Position numbers and translations under genes: made by a program
The notes under the pieces: generated by a model
The model's input: only the letters and a program-made list of their open reading frames with translations
Told to the model about the DNA's origin: nothing
The model's database searches: none
NCBI GenBank assembly: GCA_001029635.1
Contig: CP011209.1
Coordinates: 683,969-747,968, forward strand
DNA length: 64,000 bases
Direction: 5' to 3'
From: Candidatus Wolfebacteria bacterium GW2011_GWB1_47_1
GTDB lineage: Bacteria > Patescibacteriota > Minisyncoccia > UBA6257 > UBA9933
Shown: positions 17,271-26,594 of the stretch, piece by piece
Layout: every line of letters starts with the position of its first letter
Position numbering within the stretch: the stretch's first letter is position 1

Positions 17271-18722
17271 TTAAATTTTCCCCAGATCGATCTCTTCATC
17301 AATGCGAATCTGCTTCACGAATTCGGGCATGTGACTTACAAGAATCATCGCACCCTCATATTTATCGAGTGCTTTTGCAATGATCGGCAAATGGCGGAAA
17401 TTGATATGATTCGTCGGCTCGTCAAGAATCAACAGCCCTGGCTTCATTAATAAGAATCGGGCGAATGACAACAGACCCTTTTGCCCCTCGGATAGCGCCC
17501 CAACCTTCGTTGCAAGCAACTCTCCAGTGATTAAAAATCGGGCCGCTGCCGCACGCACATCCTGATCGGTCGCATCCTTGGCCACATCCCTCAATACATC
17601 ATATGCGGTCGCATCAAAATCAAGTGTTGAAAAATCTTGCCGATAGTACCCTACAATCGTGTCGCTTTCGATCTTTGCCCCCTTTGCCGTGCCGTTATAC
17701 AACGACTCCAACAATGTACTCTTTCCGATGCCGTTTGGCCCAGAAATAAGCAAGTGCATCTTCTTGCGCAGTACCAGGTCGAACTTTTTTTCTACCGGCT
17801 TATGACCCTTCACTATACCCACTGATTCAAAGCGCACCGCTGGATGTGAGATGTCCTGATTTTCAATAGTAAAATTAGGAATTGTCTTATCCTCCTGCCG
17901 CACATCAACCTTATCCTCCTCCAGCTCTTCAATCTTTTCCTTCATCGTTGCGGCAACGTTGCGCAACTTGCCTCCTTTTTGCGCAAAGAAGTTTGCCTGC
18001 TCCTTGCGGTTCGCAATGTCCTTTTCCAATCGTGCATTCTGACTGCGCTCTCGCTCCAACCGACGCTTGATCTCTTCCACCACCTTGTGATAGTTGCCGA
18101 CGTACTGCTCAACCTTCTTCGTGAATGAGTCTAGGTAGAGAACGCCATCGGAGAATGCGTTCAAAAAGTCCGCATCATGAGAAATGACAAGTAGTGTCTT
18201 ATCATACTCCTTTAGATAATTTGTCAGATGCGCGATACCCGCCTTGTCCAAATTGTTAGTCGGCTCATCCAGTAACAGGATATCAGGCTTTTGAATGAGT
18301 GCAGATGCCAGTAACAAGCGTGCCTGCTGCCCTCCTGAAAACGTCTTCATGAGTCGATCGGTCGGCGCGTGCAGATTAACGACGTCCAAAATCTCGGCTA
18401 TCTTCGGATCAATGTCATACACCTTTCGATCAAACATACTCTCAAAAAACTCCTTTACGGTCATTTCCAGTTGTTCGCGAGCCAATACCTGCTTCGCGAT
18501 TGCAATCGAAGCATCCTTTTCGATAACCACCGCGCCATCCAATGGCTCTATCTCTCCGGTAAGCAGCTTAAATAGGGTGCTCTTTCCCGCACCATTCTGC
18601 CCCATAATGGTCACCTTCATCCCCTCTCGCACCGAAAAATCCACCTCATTTAATAGCGGGCGGTTATGGCGGTATCCGAAGGTTACTTCGTTGAATCTGA
18701 TTATTACGTTGCCGTGTGCCAT
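17271..18722 (-). CDS. ABC-F family ATPase (tandem ABC domains, no TMD)
   Basis: Walker A GQNGAGKST and GPNGIGKST. Signature LSGGQQARLLLA and LSEGQKGLLSFA. Inter-domain linker rich in charged residues. Start at MAHGNVIIRF. Confidence 0.85.
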   Translation of the reverse strand: MAHGNVIIRFNEVTFGYRHNRPLLNEVDFSVREGMKVTIMGQNGAGKSTLFKLLTGEIEPLDGAVVIEKDASIAIAKQVLAREQLEMTVKEFFESMFDRKVYDIDPKIAEILDVVNLHAPTDRLMKTFSGGQQARLLLASALIQKPDILLLDEPTNNLDKAGIAHLTNYLKEYDKTLLVISHDADFLNAFSDGVLYLDSFTKKVEQYVGNYHKVVEEIKRRLERERSQNARLEKDIANRKEQANFFAQKGGKLRNVAATMKEKIEELEEDKVDVRQEDKTIPNFTIENQDISHPAVRFESVGIVKGHKPVEKKFDLVLRKKMHLLISGPNGIGKSTLLESLYNGTAKGAKIESDTIVGYYRQDFSTLDFDATAYDVLRDVAKDATDQDVRAAAARFLITGELLATKVGALSEGQKGLLSFARFLLMKPGLLILDEPTNHINFRHLPIIAKALDKYEGAMILVSHMPEFVKQIRIDEEIDLGKI

Positions 18723-18977
18723 TTTTATAACACGTACTATCGGCAAATTACTTCGTTGCGGGTCCCTGTTGTCTCGGTCATCGTACAATCAGCACGACTT
18801 CCTCGATAACTCTCCCGCACCTCGTACTTCGCTCAATAGCACGTGTTCTGATTTGCGTAAATAAAACGGCTATTTGCCGTACCATACATATACTATAGCA
18901 TACTTTATTTAATTTGACAATAACTATTTTGTATCGCAGAATATAGACAGATTTTTATCACTCTTCTGGAGGTACGT

Positions 18978-19346
18978 ATGATCGTTCTCGCAAAGCAGGC
19001 TCCCGTGCTCGTTCTTGAGACGGCAATACTCGCAGACATCGAATCACATCGCACCCGCAGTGCTACCCGTGGCACGTTACTTCTTCCTGTGGTCAGAAAC
19101 AATGCACCCGTCCCGGGAGCATTCCGCGTCGCCTGGGAATACCGGAACGATGAGCTGACTCCGACCTTCCTTGAACTGATGTCCGGCAACATCCTGGGGG
19201 ATGTCGCCATGCTGCCCAAGGGTACGCGCGTTCCCTATACGCTCTTCATGTACTCCGAGGTCTTTCATCGCAGCCATCAAGACCAGCTCCAATTCGGGCA
19301 TACTGCCTATGCGCTCATCCAAAAACTTACCGCTGCGCGGAAGTGA
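18978..19346 (+). CDS. hypothetical protein
   Basis: ORF with a GGAGG Shine-Dalgarno 7 nt upstream and an intrinsic terminator immediately downstream. No recognisable motifs. Confidence 0.5.
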   Translation: MIVLAKQAPVLVLETAILADIESHRTRSATRGTLLLPVVRNNAPVPGAFRVAWEYRNDELTPTFLELMSGNILGDVAMLPKGTRVPYTLFMYSEVFHRSHQDQLQFGHTAYALIQKLTAARK

Positions 19347-19356
19347 TCCTTCCATA

Positions 19357-19385
19357 AACCGGCACTCTTGTGCCGGCTTTTTTGC
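19357..19385 (+). terminator. rho-independent terminator
   Basis: ACCGGCAC-TCTTG-GTGCCGGC followed by TTTTTTG. Confidence 0.8.
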
Positions 19386-19442
19386 GTATAAAAAAACGGA
19401 CAACCTTTTAGAAGTGTTGTCCGTTGTTCGTATCCGATGTTT

Positions 19443-20504
19443 TTACTGCCACATCGTATATGGGAATTGATCCATAAGCTCTCCCGAAAAGTAAAATTCG
19501 TATCCGATCGATCCGAAGCTGTATTTCCTGTCGACAATCGTGATCATCGCTCCGCCGACCGCAGGGTCTGGCTTTGGCTTCGAGCGATCAAATCCGATGT
19601 TATACAGCGTTGCCAATATGTCAGGCCGATGAGATATATCATACCCCGCCACTTCCCACTGTCGCGTCACCTGCCGCACATACAGCGCGGCATAGAGATA
19701 TGCATAGTAGTGATCCTTCGCGGTGATGCGCTTGAATCGCGCTTCCTCGACATCCTCATCCGAATCAAAGTCTAGTAGGTGTTCATATTGCTCTCCGAGC
19801 CAGAACGACGACTGCCTATTCTTCAGATTCTCTTCGATCCTGATCGCCGTTTCCTCCTTGACGCCTGTTACCCCCCATGAGAACTTCGTTTCGTTTCCCA
19901 GCATCCGGAGTGGCGCAAAGAATCGCTTGTACACCTCGCGACTTGAATTAAACAACCGCAATTGCTCCGCAACGAGTTGCGTAACGATCAGCCTCGGTTC
20001 TACGTCTGCTTCCCGGGCAACCCGCTCGATAATCAGCTCATCCTTTACAATCGCATCCCGAAATACTACCCAGTCCTCGGTCTGCATCCATGGAAACACT
20101 GTCTCTAAATCGCCAGCGGCACCGTGCGGCATTCCTCCTGACTCGCATTGCGCAAGGATGGACCGTATCGGTTTCCCCTCGTCTTCAAGACGCAGTACTA
20201 CAGCTTCTATCATGAATTCGGCCAACGCTTTTGAGTCCGTCTGCCGGTAGGCATTTCCTATCATCTCTGTATTGTATCTGGCATGCGATCCCAGAGCATC
20301 AATTTTACATTGCACAACATCAATCTGCTTTTTCTGCACGGGAATTTCCTTTACCCTCCTCGCAACCTGACGAAACGCATCATTGTGCAGGTCCACCGCT
20401 CCGGCCACGTTCGTCCACTTCCACTTGACCGCGAAAAATCCTGCAGTCTGCACTATAAGTACCAACGCCATCACAATCCCAAATCCGATGCCAATCTTCT
20501 TCAT
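19443..20504 (-). CDS. hypothetical membrane-anchored protein
   Basis: 353-aa ORF with an N-terminal TM helix (IGIGFGIVMALVLIV). No recognised domain. Confidence 0.5.
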   Translation of the reverse strand: MKKIGIGFGIVMALVLIVQTAGFFAVKWKWTNVAGAVDLHNDAFRQVARRVKEIPVQKKQIDVVQCKIDALGSHARYNTEMIGNAYRQTDSKALAEFMIEAVVLRLEDEGKPIRSILAQCESGGMPHGAAGDLETVFPWMQTEDWVVFRDAIVKDELIIERVAREADVEPRLIVTQLVAEQLRLFNSSREVYKRFFAPLRMLGNETKFSWGVTGVKEETAIRIEENLKNRQSSFWLGEQYEHLLDFDSDEDVEEARFKRITAKDHYYAYLYAALYVRQVTRQWEVAGYDISHRPDILATLYNIGFDRSKPKPDPAVGGAMITIVDRKYSFGSIGYEFYFSGELMDQFPYTMWQ

Positions 20505-20558
20505 ATTATTTATCTCCTCGTGTGTTATAGCATGTCAGTATACCGTATTCGTGTGCGC

Positions 20559-20586
20559 ATGAAAACGGCGACCCGTGAGGGTCGCC
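20559..20586 (-). terminator. rho-independent terminator (GNRA-loop hairpin)
   Basis: GGCGACCC-GTGA-GGGTCGCC with a U-run on the minus strand. Confidence 0.6.
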
Positions 20587-20611
20587 GTCAAGTTATGCGA
20601 GCGACAAGCCG

Positions 20612-20908
20612 CTAGCCTCTCTGAGCACGAGCCATTGCCGCCGCCGTCTCTTCCCCGGTGCGCTTGGCATGCGCCACCAGAATCTCGCTACGGAAGGCCC
20701 ATATGGCCGGCGCCGTCGCCAGGAACCAGAGGAACATGCTCAGCGGGATAATGACGAAGGTTAACAACGCTCCCGTATACAGCGCCCCGCTGATCACGAA
20801 GGCGACCCACCGGCCGCGCATGGCGTAGTAGATCGGTGCCAGAAAGAATATCAGCACATACAGCCCGATGCCCGGGATCTCTGTTCTCTGCTCTTCTGCG
20901 TACCGCAT
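20612..20908 (-). CDS. small hypothetical membrane protein (GC-rich insert)
   Basis: 98 aa with two or three TM helices. Local GC is visibly higher than flanks. Confidence 0.45.
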   Translation of the reverse strand: MRYAEEQRTEIPGIGLYVLIFFLAPIYYAMRGRWVAFVISGALYTGALLTFVIIPLSMFLWFLATAPAIWAFRSEILVAHAKRTGEETAAAMARAQRG

Positions 20909-21042
20909 TGTTTTCTCTCCTTTTTGGTTACCTGCACTCGTAAAATATCACTCCAGCTTCTTCTTCCGTCTCCTTATATATTTTTTAACCCATCAGTCTG
21001 ACCAAAGATTGCCATAATACTACTATAATGTCAATCCTTTCC

Positions 21043-21489
21043 TTATCTCACTTCAAGACGTTCCACGATGACGACCCCTCCTCCGGTTAGTGCTCCCATA
21101 ACCATTACCCGGTTCCCCTGTTCTATTTCCGCAGTATTACAAAACCCTTCATTCCCTCTAATCACGCATCTACTGTTCGTCGTGAAGATGAGCCCTTTTG
21201 TTAGTGCCGACTCCCCCGGTCGTTCATAGATTAAGACCCATATATCTTCCTCCACATCTCCCGTTGCCATATTCTTGATATTCCCTATTTGCTCAAAACC
21301 ATATACCGAGACAGTTTTTTTCTGCGCGATGGCGGGCTGATCAAGTTCCAGTTGTCCAACCAATTCGATGGCATCCAAACCTCTTTGATACATGACCCCG
21401 ATATACATACCCAGTAGCAATATTCCAACACCCAAAATTACCGCAGCCACTTTTGAATACCACGTAACCTTGTTCCATTCTATTTTCAT
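21043..21489 (-). CDS. hypothetical membrane-anchored protein
   Basis: 148 aa with an N-terminal TM helix. Confidence 0.45.
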   Translation of the reverse strand: MKIEWNKVTWYSKVAAVILGVGILLLGMYIGVMYQRGLDAIELVGQLELDQPAIAQKKTVSVYGFEQIGNIKNMATGDVEEDIWVLIYERPGESALTKGLIFTTNSRCVIRGNEGFCNTAEIEQGNRVMVMGALTGGGVVIVERLEVR

Positions 21490-21501
21490 ATATGCATTAT
21501 A

Positions 21502-22077
21502 TTATCGTGCGATAGCGCGCCGTATCGCGTTGGTGAATAATCTATATAAGCCCGCATCCTCCCGTAGCGCATCGCGGAGCTTCCTACTTATTTCTATTTC
21601 AACGCCTCCTCCTAACAATCCCCTATTGCAGATGTTTCGTGCGTCGCCCGGATGGAATATCTCCTCAAACGGTCGTACTTCGATATCTATGTCTCCAATA
21701 TTTCTCGCGATCCGTTCTGCTAGCCCTCGATTTAATCCACCTATCATCACAAATTCGTGTTCGGTATTGCGGTGCCCATGCACTGATACGATCGTCTCAG
21801 CCCCCAGTGCCATATCCTGCGCCCGTGGTTCATCGAAGTACATACTTCCGATATGCAGTTCTTTATTGTTATGCGCCCGCACTCCTTCAAACAAATACAA
21901 TCCGTATTCATTCCCTGCGATAGCCGTTGCTATCTCTGTGGTAAATGGTTCAATATTTCCACCATGAATAGCCATGATCAGTATCGATTCGTTCTTCTTT
22001 TGTGCCGTTATTCTAAAATCGACCCCTTCTTGCATATGCGCTGCAAGGTTGGCGAATGTCATAAAAGTATCTATCAT
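21502..22077 (-). CDS. poly-gamma-glutamate hydrolase family protein (YjqB/PghP-like, UPF0714)
   Basis: ILIMAIHGGNIEPFTTEIA...YLFEG...LHIGSMYFDEP matches the family core (HGG.IE.GT ... Y.FEG ... H.TS..FDEP). Confidence 0.65.
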   Translation of the reverse strand: MIDTFMTFANLAAHMQEGVDFRITAQKKNESILIMAIHGGNIEPFTTEIATAIAGNEYGLYLFEGVRAHNNKELHIGSMYFDEPRAQDMALGAETIVSVHGHRNTEHEFVMIGGLNRGLAERIARNIGDIDIEVRPFEEIFHPGDARNICNRGLLGGGVEIEISRKLRDALREDAGLYRLFTNAIRRAIAR

Positions 22078-22166
22078 ATATATTCAGTATACTGCGTAAA
22101 GCGTATCCACGCCACGCGGCAAGTCCGATTTTGACTTCATCAACATAATCCCGTACATTTTTATCA

Positions 22167-22730
22167 ATGACCACCCCCGCTCAAAAACCAACGCTTGTAC
22201 TGCATATTTGTTGTGCCATCTGTGGAGCCTATCTCTCCGAGCTACTCAAAGATCGTTTCGAGATCATTTACTACTATTACAACCCAAACATCCATCCCGA
22301 GGAAGAATATATGAAACGCAGGGAATCCGTGCAGAAGCTTGCCACTATCTACCAGTCTGAATTCATCGAAGGCGACTACGAAACCCAGGAATGGTACAGT
22401 ACTATAGCCGGCTTTGAAGGAGAGCCTGAGGGAGGTAAACGTTGCCCATTATGCTTCCGTATGCGTCTTGCCAAAACTGCACAACTTGCGATCGCAGAAG
22501 GTGCAACTCATTTCACTACGACCCTTGCAACTAGCCCCTACAAGAACGAGGACATCATCGGTGCTATTGGTACTGAGATTGCACAAGACCTTAGACTCAC
22601 ATTCCTGACTGTTACCGATTTTGGAGAATCAAAAAAGGATATTTGGGCAAAGACTCGCACGCTTGCCAAAGATCATGACTTTTATCACCAAAACTATTGC
22701 GGATGCACCTTTAGTATCTGGAAAAAATAA
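22167..22730 (+). CDS. queH: epoxyqueuosine reductase QueH (DUF208)
   Basis: LVLHICCAICGAY ... CPLCFRMRL ... YCGCTFS gives the Cys pattern of the QueH Fe-S/DUF208 family. Confidence 0.75.
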   Translation: MTTPAQKPTLVLHICCAICGAYLSELLKDRFEIIYYYYNPNIHPEEEYMKRRESVQKLATIYQSEFIEGDYETQEWYSTIAGFEGEPEGGKRCPLCFRMRLAKTAQLAIAEGATHFTTTLATSPYKNEDIIGAIGTEIAQDLRLTFLTVTDFGESKKDIWAKTRTLAKDHDFYHQNYCGCTFSIWKK

Positions 22731-22747
22731 AACCGACATAACTGGTT

Positions 22748-23386
22748 TTATTTTTTCTCATCTTTAAATACTATGTACGAGTAGACGACCGTTGCGGCGG
22801 TACTCGCAAGGATCGGGACGATTATGAACCACATCACTGCCCCAGGGAATGCTATTCCTAATAGCGTCACCGCTCCCGACAGCTTGAACAATTTACTTCC
22901 CAGGATGTGCGTCCTGCCCCAGACCACATCGCTGGTCATTGTCCATGGTGTACGGATACCAACAAACCAATTTCGTTTTATATCCTTAATCAACACTCCG
23001 ATACCATAGAACATTCCTGCGAGCGCGGGTAAGAGAGCGGTTGTCATCGAAAATCGCACCCCTTTGCTCCATAGGATGGTCAGCGCAAACACATATAGCA
23101 TAAATGCGCCGAGCAGCAATATAAACCCCTCATATTTATCCCTAAACGTCTCTATATTTTTCTTCAATGGATCGATCTTCGGGATCAACACGAACGTTCC
23201 CTGTATAGCGATCATGATCACTGGCAGAAGAAACAACGCAAGGGCCTTTCCGGAATATCCGTCCGCAATACCCGCGGCATTCCAATGGGTAGCCATACGA
23301 TCCGACATCTCGTCATAGAGCACCAGTGCTGCGACCCACGCAGCCCCGATCAACATCCACGCCACTATACCCTTCTTTGTTTTCAT
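22748..23386 (-). CDS. SdpI/YhfL-family membrane protein (DUF1648-like)
   Basis: HWNAAGIADGYSGK after the first TM helix matches the DUF1648 motif. Four to five TM helices. Start chosen at MKTKKG. Confidence 0.45.
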   Translation of the reverse strand: MKTKKGIVAWMLIGAAWVAALVLYDEMSDRMATHWNAAGIADGYSGKALALFLLPVIMIAIQGTFVLIPKIDPLKKNIETFRDKYEGFILLLGAFMLYVFALTILWSKGVRFSMTTALLPALAGMFYGIGVLIKDIKRNWFVGIRTPWTMTSDVVWGRTHILGSKLFKLSGAVTLLGIAFPGAVMWFIIVPILASTAATVVYSYIVFKDEKK

Positions 23387-23570
23387 ATGTATACAGTATA
23401 CCATATATACCGCCACGCTTGACATCATCATTGTTATATGCAATACTACTCCTACGTAGCAGCAAAAAGGCAGTTTGCAAGTCGCAAGATGAGTAGAAAG
23501 TTTCTAGCTGCTACGTATGCAGAGCACCTCTTCGGAGGTGTTTTGCATACGTACTCCATTTTTAACCGCC

Positions 23571-23610
23571 CGAAGAAACGAAAACGACCCACCGTAGTGG
23601 GTCATTTTTT
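23571..23610. terminator. bidirectional intrinsic terminator downstream of the helicase gene
   Basis: GACCCAC-CGTA-GTGGGTC flanked by GTTTTCGTTTC (minus sense) and ATTTTTT (plus sense). Confidence 0.6.
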
Positions 23611-23625
23611 GCGTCTTAGTTGATC

Positions 23626-25152
23626 TCATCGGTCAGACTTACCGGCGCTTTTGCGCGGCTTCTTGCCGAACATGCGTCCATGCGAAGATCCTCCTCGGTC
23701 ACTCTTTTTGCCGGCTCCCCGTTGGACCGACTTGCGCCGTTCTTCGCGGTTTCCCGAAGTCATCACACGCTCTCGCGGTGATCGCTCTCCGGTCGCAGCC
23801 GCAGTCGCAGCTGATGCCGACACTCCTCCCGTGAATCGTCGCGCCGGCGCTGCGCTTACGCGCGGATCCCGTGTTTCGAACATCGGTTTTCGTGGAGTAA
23901 ATCCTCCGCTGCGATCGTTGCTTCGACCGAAGGGTCGACGATCTCCTCCCCGCGATCCTCCACTAAAACGACTCCCGCGTGATTCCTCTTGTTCCTCTTC
24001 TTCCCGGAATGCCGGCGCACGATGCGGCGGCAATGTCGGCAATGGTGATGTGCCGATTTGTGAATTCACTAAGCGTTCGATCGTTCGAACCTTGAATCGT
24101 TGGTCAGGCGCTGCAAATGAAATTGCGCGTCCTTTTGCCCCTGCACGGCCGGTTCGGCCAATACGGTGCACGTAATCTTCCGGACTATCCGGGAGATCGT
24201 AATTTATGACCAATTCGATACCGGTCACGTCAATACCGCGTGCCGCAATATCCGTCGCAACAAGCGTTCTGTACTTACCTATCTTAAATCCGAGCAATGC
24301 CTCCTTTCTCTGTGACAATGACTTGTCCGAGTGAATTTCTGCGGCAGTGTGCCCCATGCGCTTTATCGCGCGACAGATCTTCGTCGCGCCATGACGCGTG
24401 CGCGAGAATACCAATACGGTTCCCTGATATTTCTCGAGTAACGCCTCAAGCAACCGATCCTTATCATCCTTTCGTACGATGAACATTTCTTGTATCACGT
24501 TCTCGGCCGTCGTGCCTGGGCGTGCCATTTCGACACGTACCGGCATCTGCATATGGCGCTCGGCTATCTTTACGATATCCGTCGGCATTGTTGCAGAGAA
24601 AAGCAATGTCTGGCGAACCTTCGGTAATGCTTCCAAAATCTTATTGATCTGCGGAGCAAATCCCATGTCGAGCATGCGGTCCGCTTCATCGAGTACCAAT
24701 GTATTCACATCGGTCAATCGCAAGGTTCGCTGGTTCATGTGATCGATAAATCGCCCTGGCGTCGCAACAATGATGTGCGGGTTCCTTCGCAGTAGTTTCT
24801 TCTGCGCTTCAATAGATGCACCGCCAATCAAAACGGCAGTGTACAATCCGAGATCGCGGCCAATGGCTTGTATTTGTTCGTCTACCTGCAATGCAAGTTC
24901 GCGGGTCGGAACCAGGATAACACCCTGACTATTTCCTGCGGCAAGACGCTGGATCATCGGGATTCCAAATGCAAGCGTCTTTCCTGTCCCTGTCTGCGCG
25001 ATGCCGATCATGTCCTTGCCGCTTATGGCAACCGGAATAGCCTCGTGCTGAATCGGGGTTGGTACTGTGAATTTTTTCTTATCGAGAATCTCAAGGAGCT
25101 TCGGTGCAATGCCGAGTCCGTAAAAACCCTCGATGGGTTTTTTTGTTGTCAT
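23626..25152 (-). CDS. DEAD-box ATP-dependent RNA helicase with R/G-rich C-terminal tail
   Basis: Q-motif, AQTGTGKT, DEAD, SAT, HRIGRTGRAG. The C-terminal ~120 aa is rich in RG/RS residues. Confidence 0.9.
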   Translation of the reverse strand: MTTKKPIEGFYGLGIAPKLLEILDKKKFTVPTPIQHEAIPVAISGKDMIGIAQTGTGKTLAFGIPMIQRLAAGNSQGVILVPTRELALQVDEQIQAIGRDLGLYTAVLIGGASIEAQKKLLRRNPHIIVATPGRFIDHMNQRTLRLTDVNTLVLDEADRMLDMGFAPQINKILEALPKVRQTLLFSATMPTDIVKIAERHMQMPVRVEMARPGTTAENVIQEMFIVRKDDKDRLLEALLEKYQGTVLVFSRTRHGATKICRAIKRMGHTAAEIHSDKSLSQRKEALLGFKIGKYRTLVATDIAARGIDVTGIELVINYDLPDSPEDYVHRIGRTGRAGAKGRAISFAAPDQRFKVRTIERLVNSQIGTSPLPTLPPHRAPAFREEEEQEESRGSRFSGGSRGGDRRPFGRSNDRSGGFTPRKPMFETRDPRVSAAPARRFTGGVSASAATAAATGERSPRERVMTSGNREERRKSVQRGAGKKSDRGGSSHGRMFGKKPRKSAGKSDR

Positions 25153-25333
25153 ATGTGATTATGTGATTCCTTATAGCAACTCGAATCACATAGCAATAAC
25201 ATGACAAGAAGTTCATTCGCCTACGGTGCCCGTACCTACGGGTGGCGATAAGGAATCCGTCGGCGTCTTTCGAGACCGACCTGATTAAATTGAACTGACG
25301 ATTCACTATACAATATACTCTTTCTCATGTCAA

Positions 25334-25365
25334 CTTAATAAAAGCCCCTTATATACAAGGGGCTT
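25334..25365 (-). terminator. rho-independent terminator after the deacetylase gene
   Basis: AAGCCCCTT-ATATAC-AAGGGGCTT with a minus-strand U-run (TTTTATTAA). Confidence 0.7.
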
Positions 25366-25407
25366 CGTGTTCCCAAAGGAATCCTTCCGTTGTCCAGAGG
25401 GCCACAA

Positions 25408-26214
25408 TTATGTATCGACTAGCAATTCCTTGAGTGTTACCAGACGATATCCTTTGCTTTTTGCATATTGCACCATCTCCTCAAGCTGTCCAACGTCTGC
25501 CTTTCGCGTGTGATACAAATATATCATACCTGGCGAGAGTGTCGTCCGAAAATACCGTTGCACCTCTTCCCCACTACTCTGTTTGCCTCCAATAAATAGC
25601 GAATCGCCCGACCACATGGCAATATCAATCGGGACTCCATTATAGATCCCTAGTCGTTCAACCGCTCTCCGATATGAGGGCATGCATCCGCTTTTTTCGT
25701 AGCCAAATACGCCACTTCCACATGGCGGTCGAACGTACGAAAATGTGACCGCTTCTCCCAACACACTGCGTAGCGTTTCGATATTTTTTCGATAGGCATC
25801 ATACTGCCCTTCCTCGCTCATCTTGGTCATCTGCGTGTGCGATTGCGTGTGTAATTCGATCTCGTGCCCAAAGGCATAGATCTCCTTCCACATCTTAGGA
25901 TACTGACTTACCGCGTTGCCGGTCGGAAAGAAGGTGAATTTCACGTCATTTCTTATTGCCACTTCATGGGCTTTTTCCAGTAATGCTCCACTATAGCAAT
26001 CGTCGATCGTGATCGCTATTACCGGCTGCGCAGTCTTCTTACTCCAGACTACTTGGACCTTGATCGGTCCTACGGGCACCGTCTTTTCGATGACCGCCCC
26101 TTTAGACTCTTCAAGAGTTACCTGTGGCGCATGGGGTATACCGTTATCGATTTGTGCACCACTTGCCAGCCTAGCCATCCCAATCACCATAATACCAATA
26201 GCTATCCGTACCAT
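25408..26214 (-). CDS. polysaccharide deacetylase (NodB homology domain), secreted
   Basis: IAITIDDCY (Asp-Asp metal motif), HEIELHTQSH and PPCGSG. Start chosen at MVRIAIGIMVIGMA, which has a GGGAGG Shine-Dalgarno (the ORF track begins 45 nt earlier). Confidence 0.8.
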   Translation of the reverse strand: MVRIAIGIMVIGMARLASGAQIDNGIPHAPQVTLEESKGAVIEKTVPVGPIKVQVVWSKKTAQPVIAITIDDCYSGALLEKAHEVAIRNDVKFTFFPTGNAVSQYPKMWKEIYAFGHEIELHTQSHTQMTKMSEEGQYDAYRKNIETLRSVLGEAVTFSYVRPPCGSGVFGYEKSGCMPSYRRAVERLGIYNGVPIDIAMWSGDSLFIGGKQSSGEEVQRYFRTTLSPGMIYLYHTRKADVGQLEEMVQYAKSKGYRLVTLKELLVDT

Positions 26215-26300
26215 CTCTTCCTCCCTGGTTGTAAAAAATAATCCCTCGTGGAGATCCATCTTGGATTATTTAAAGCTATTATCATATCCCTGTCAAATCA

Positions 26301-26590
26301 TACTCAACCAACGCATATTTCGGACAAAAGATTAGCGTCATAGCAGGCGATACTATTTGCCACCACATTCACCCTTCCCGGTTCTTGGGAAAAGACATGC
26401 GGGCGGAAACATACACCATAGTAACGGAACATGGTTGTCATCCCGTGCTCCGACACGGGATCCAGGTTCACAACCCTAAAACTATTTTTCCACAACAATG
26501 CTGGATACCGGCCTCCGCCGATATGACAATGTAACCGGAGCCCTATTAGGGTATCGTAAATTACTTTGGCCGAAATGTGCGTTGGTTATA
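26301..26590. mobile_element. MITE-like non-autonomous element, copy A (290 bp)
   Basis: Terminal inverted repeats CCAACGCATATTTCGGACAA (26308-26327) and TTGGCCGAAATGTGCGTTGG (26566-26585). Flanked by the 7-bp direct duplication CAAATCA (26294-26300 and 26591-26597). Internal hairpins (ATCCCGTG/CACGGGAT). No coding capacity. Confidence 0.7.
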
Positions 26591-26594
26591 CAAA

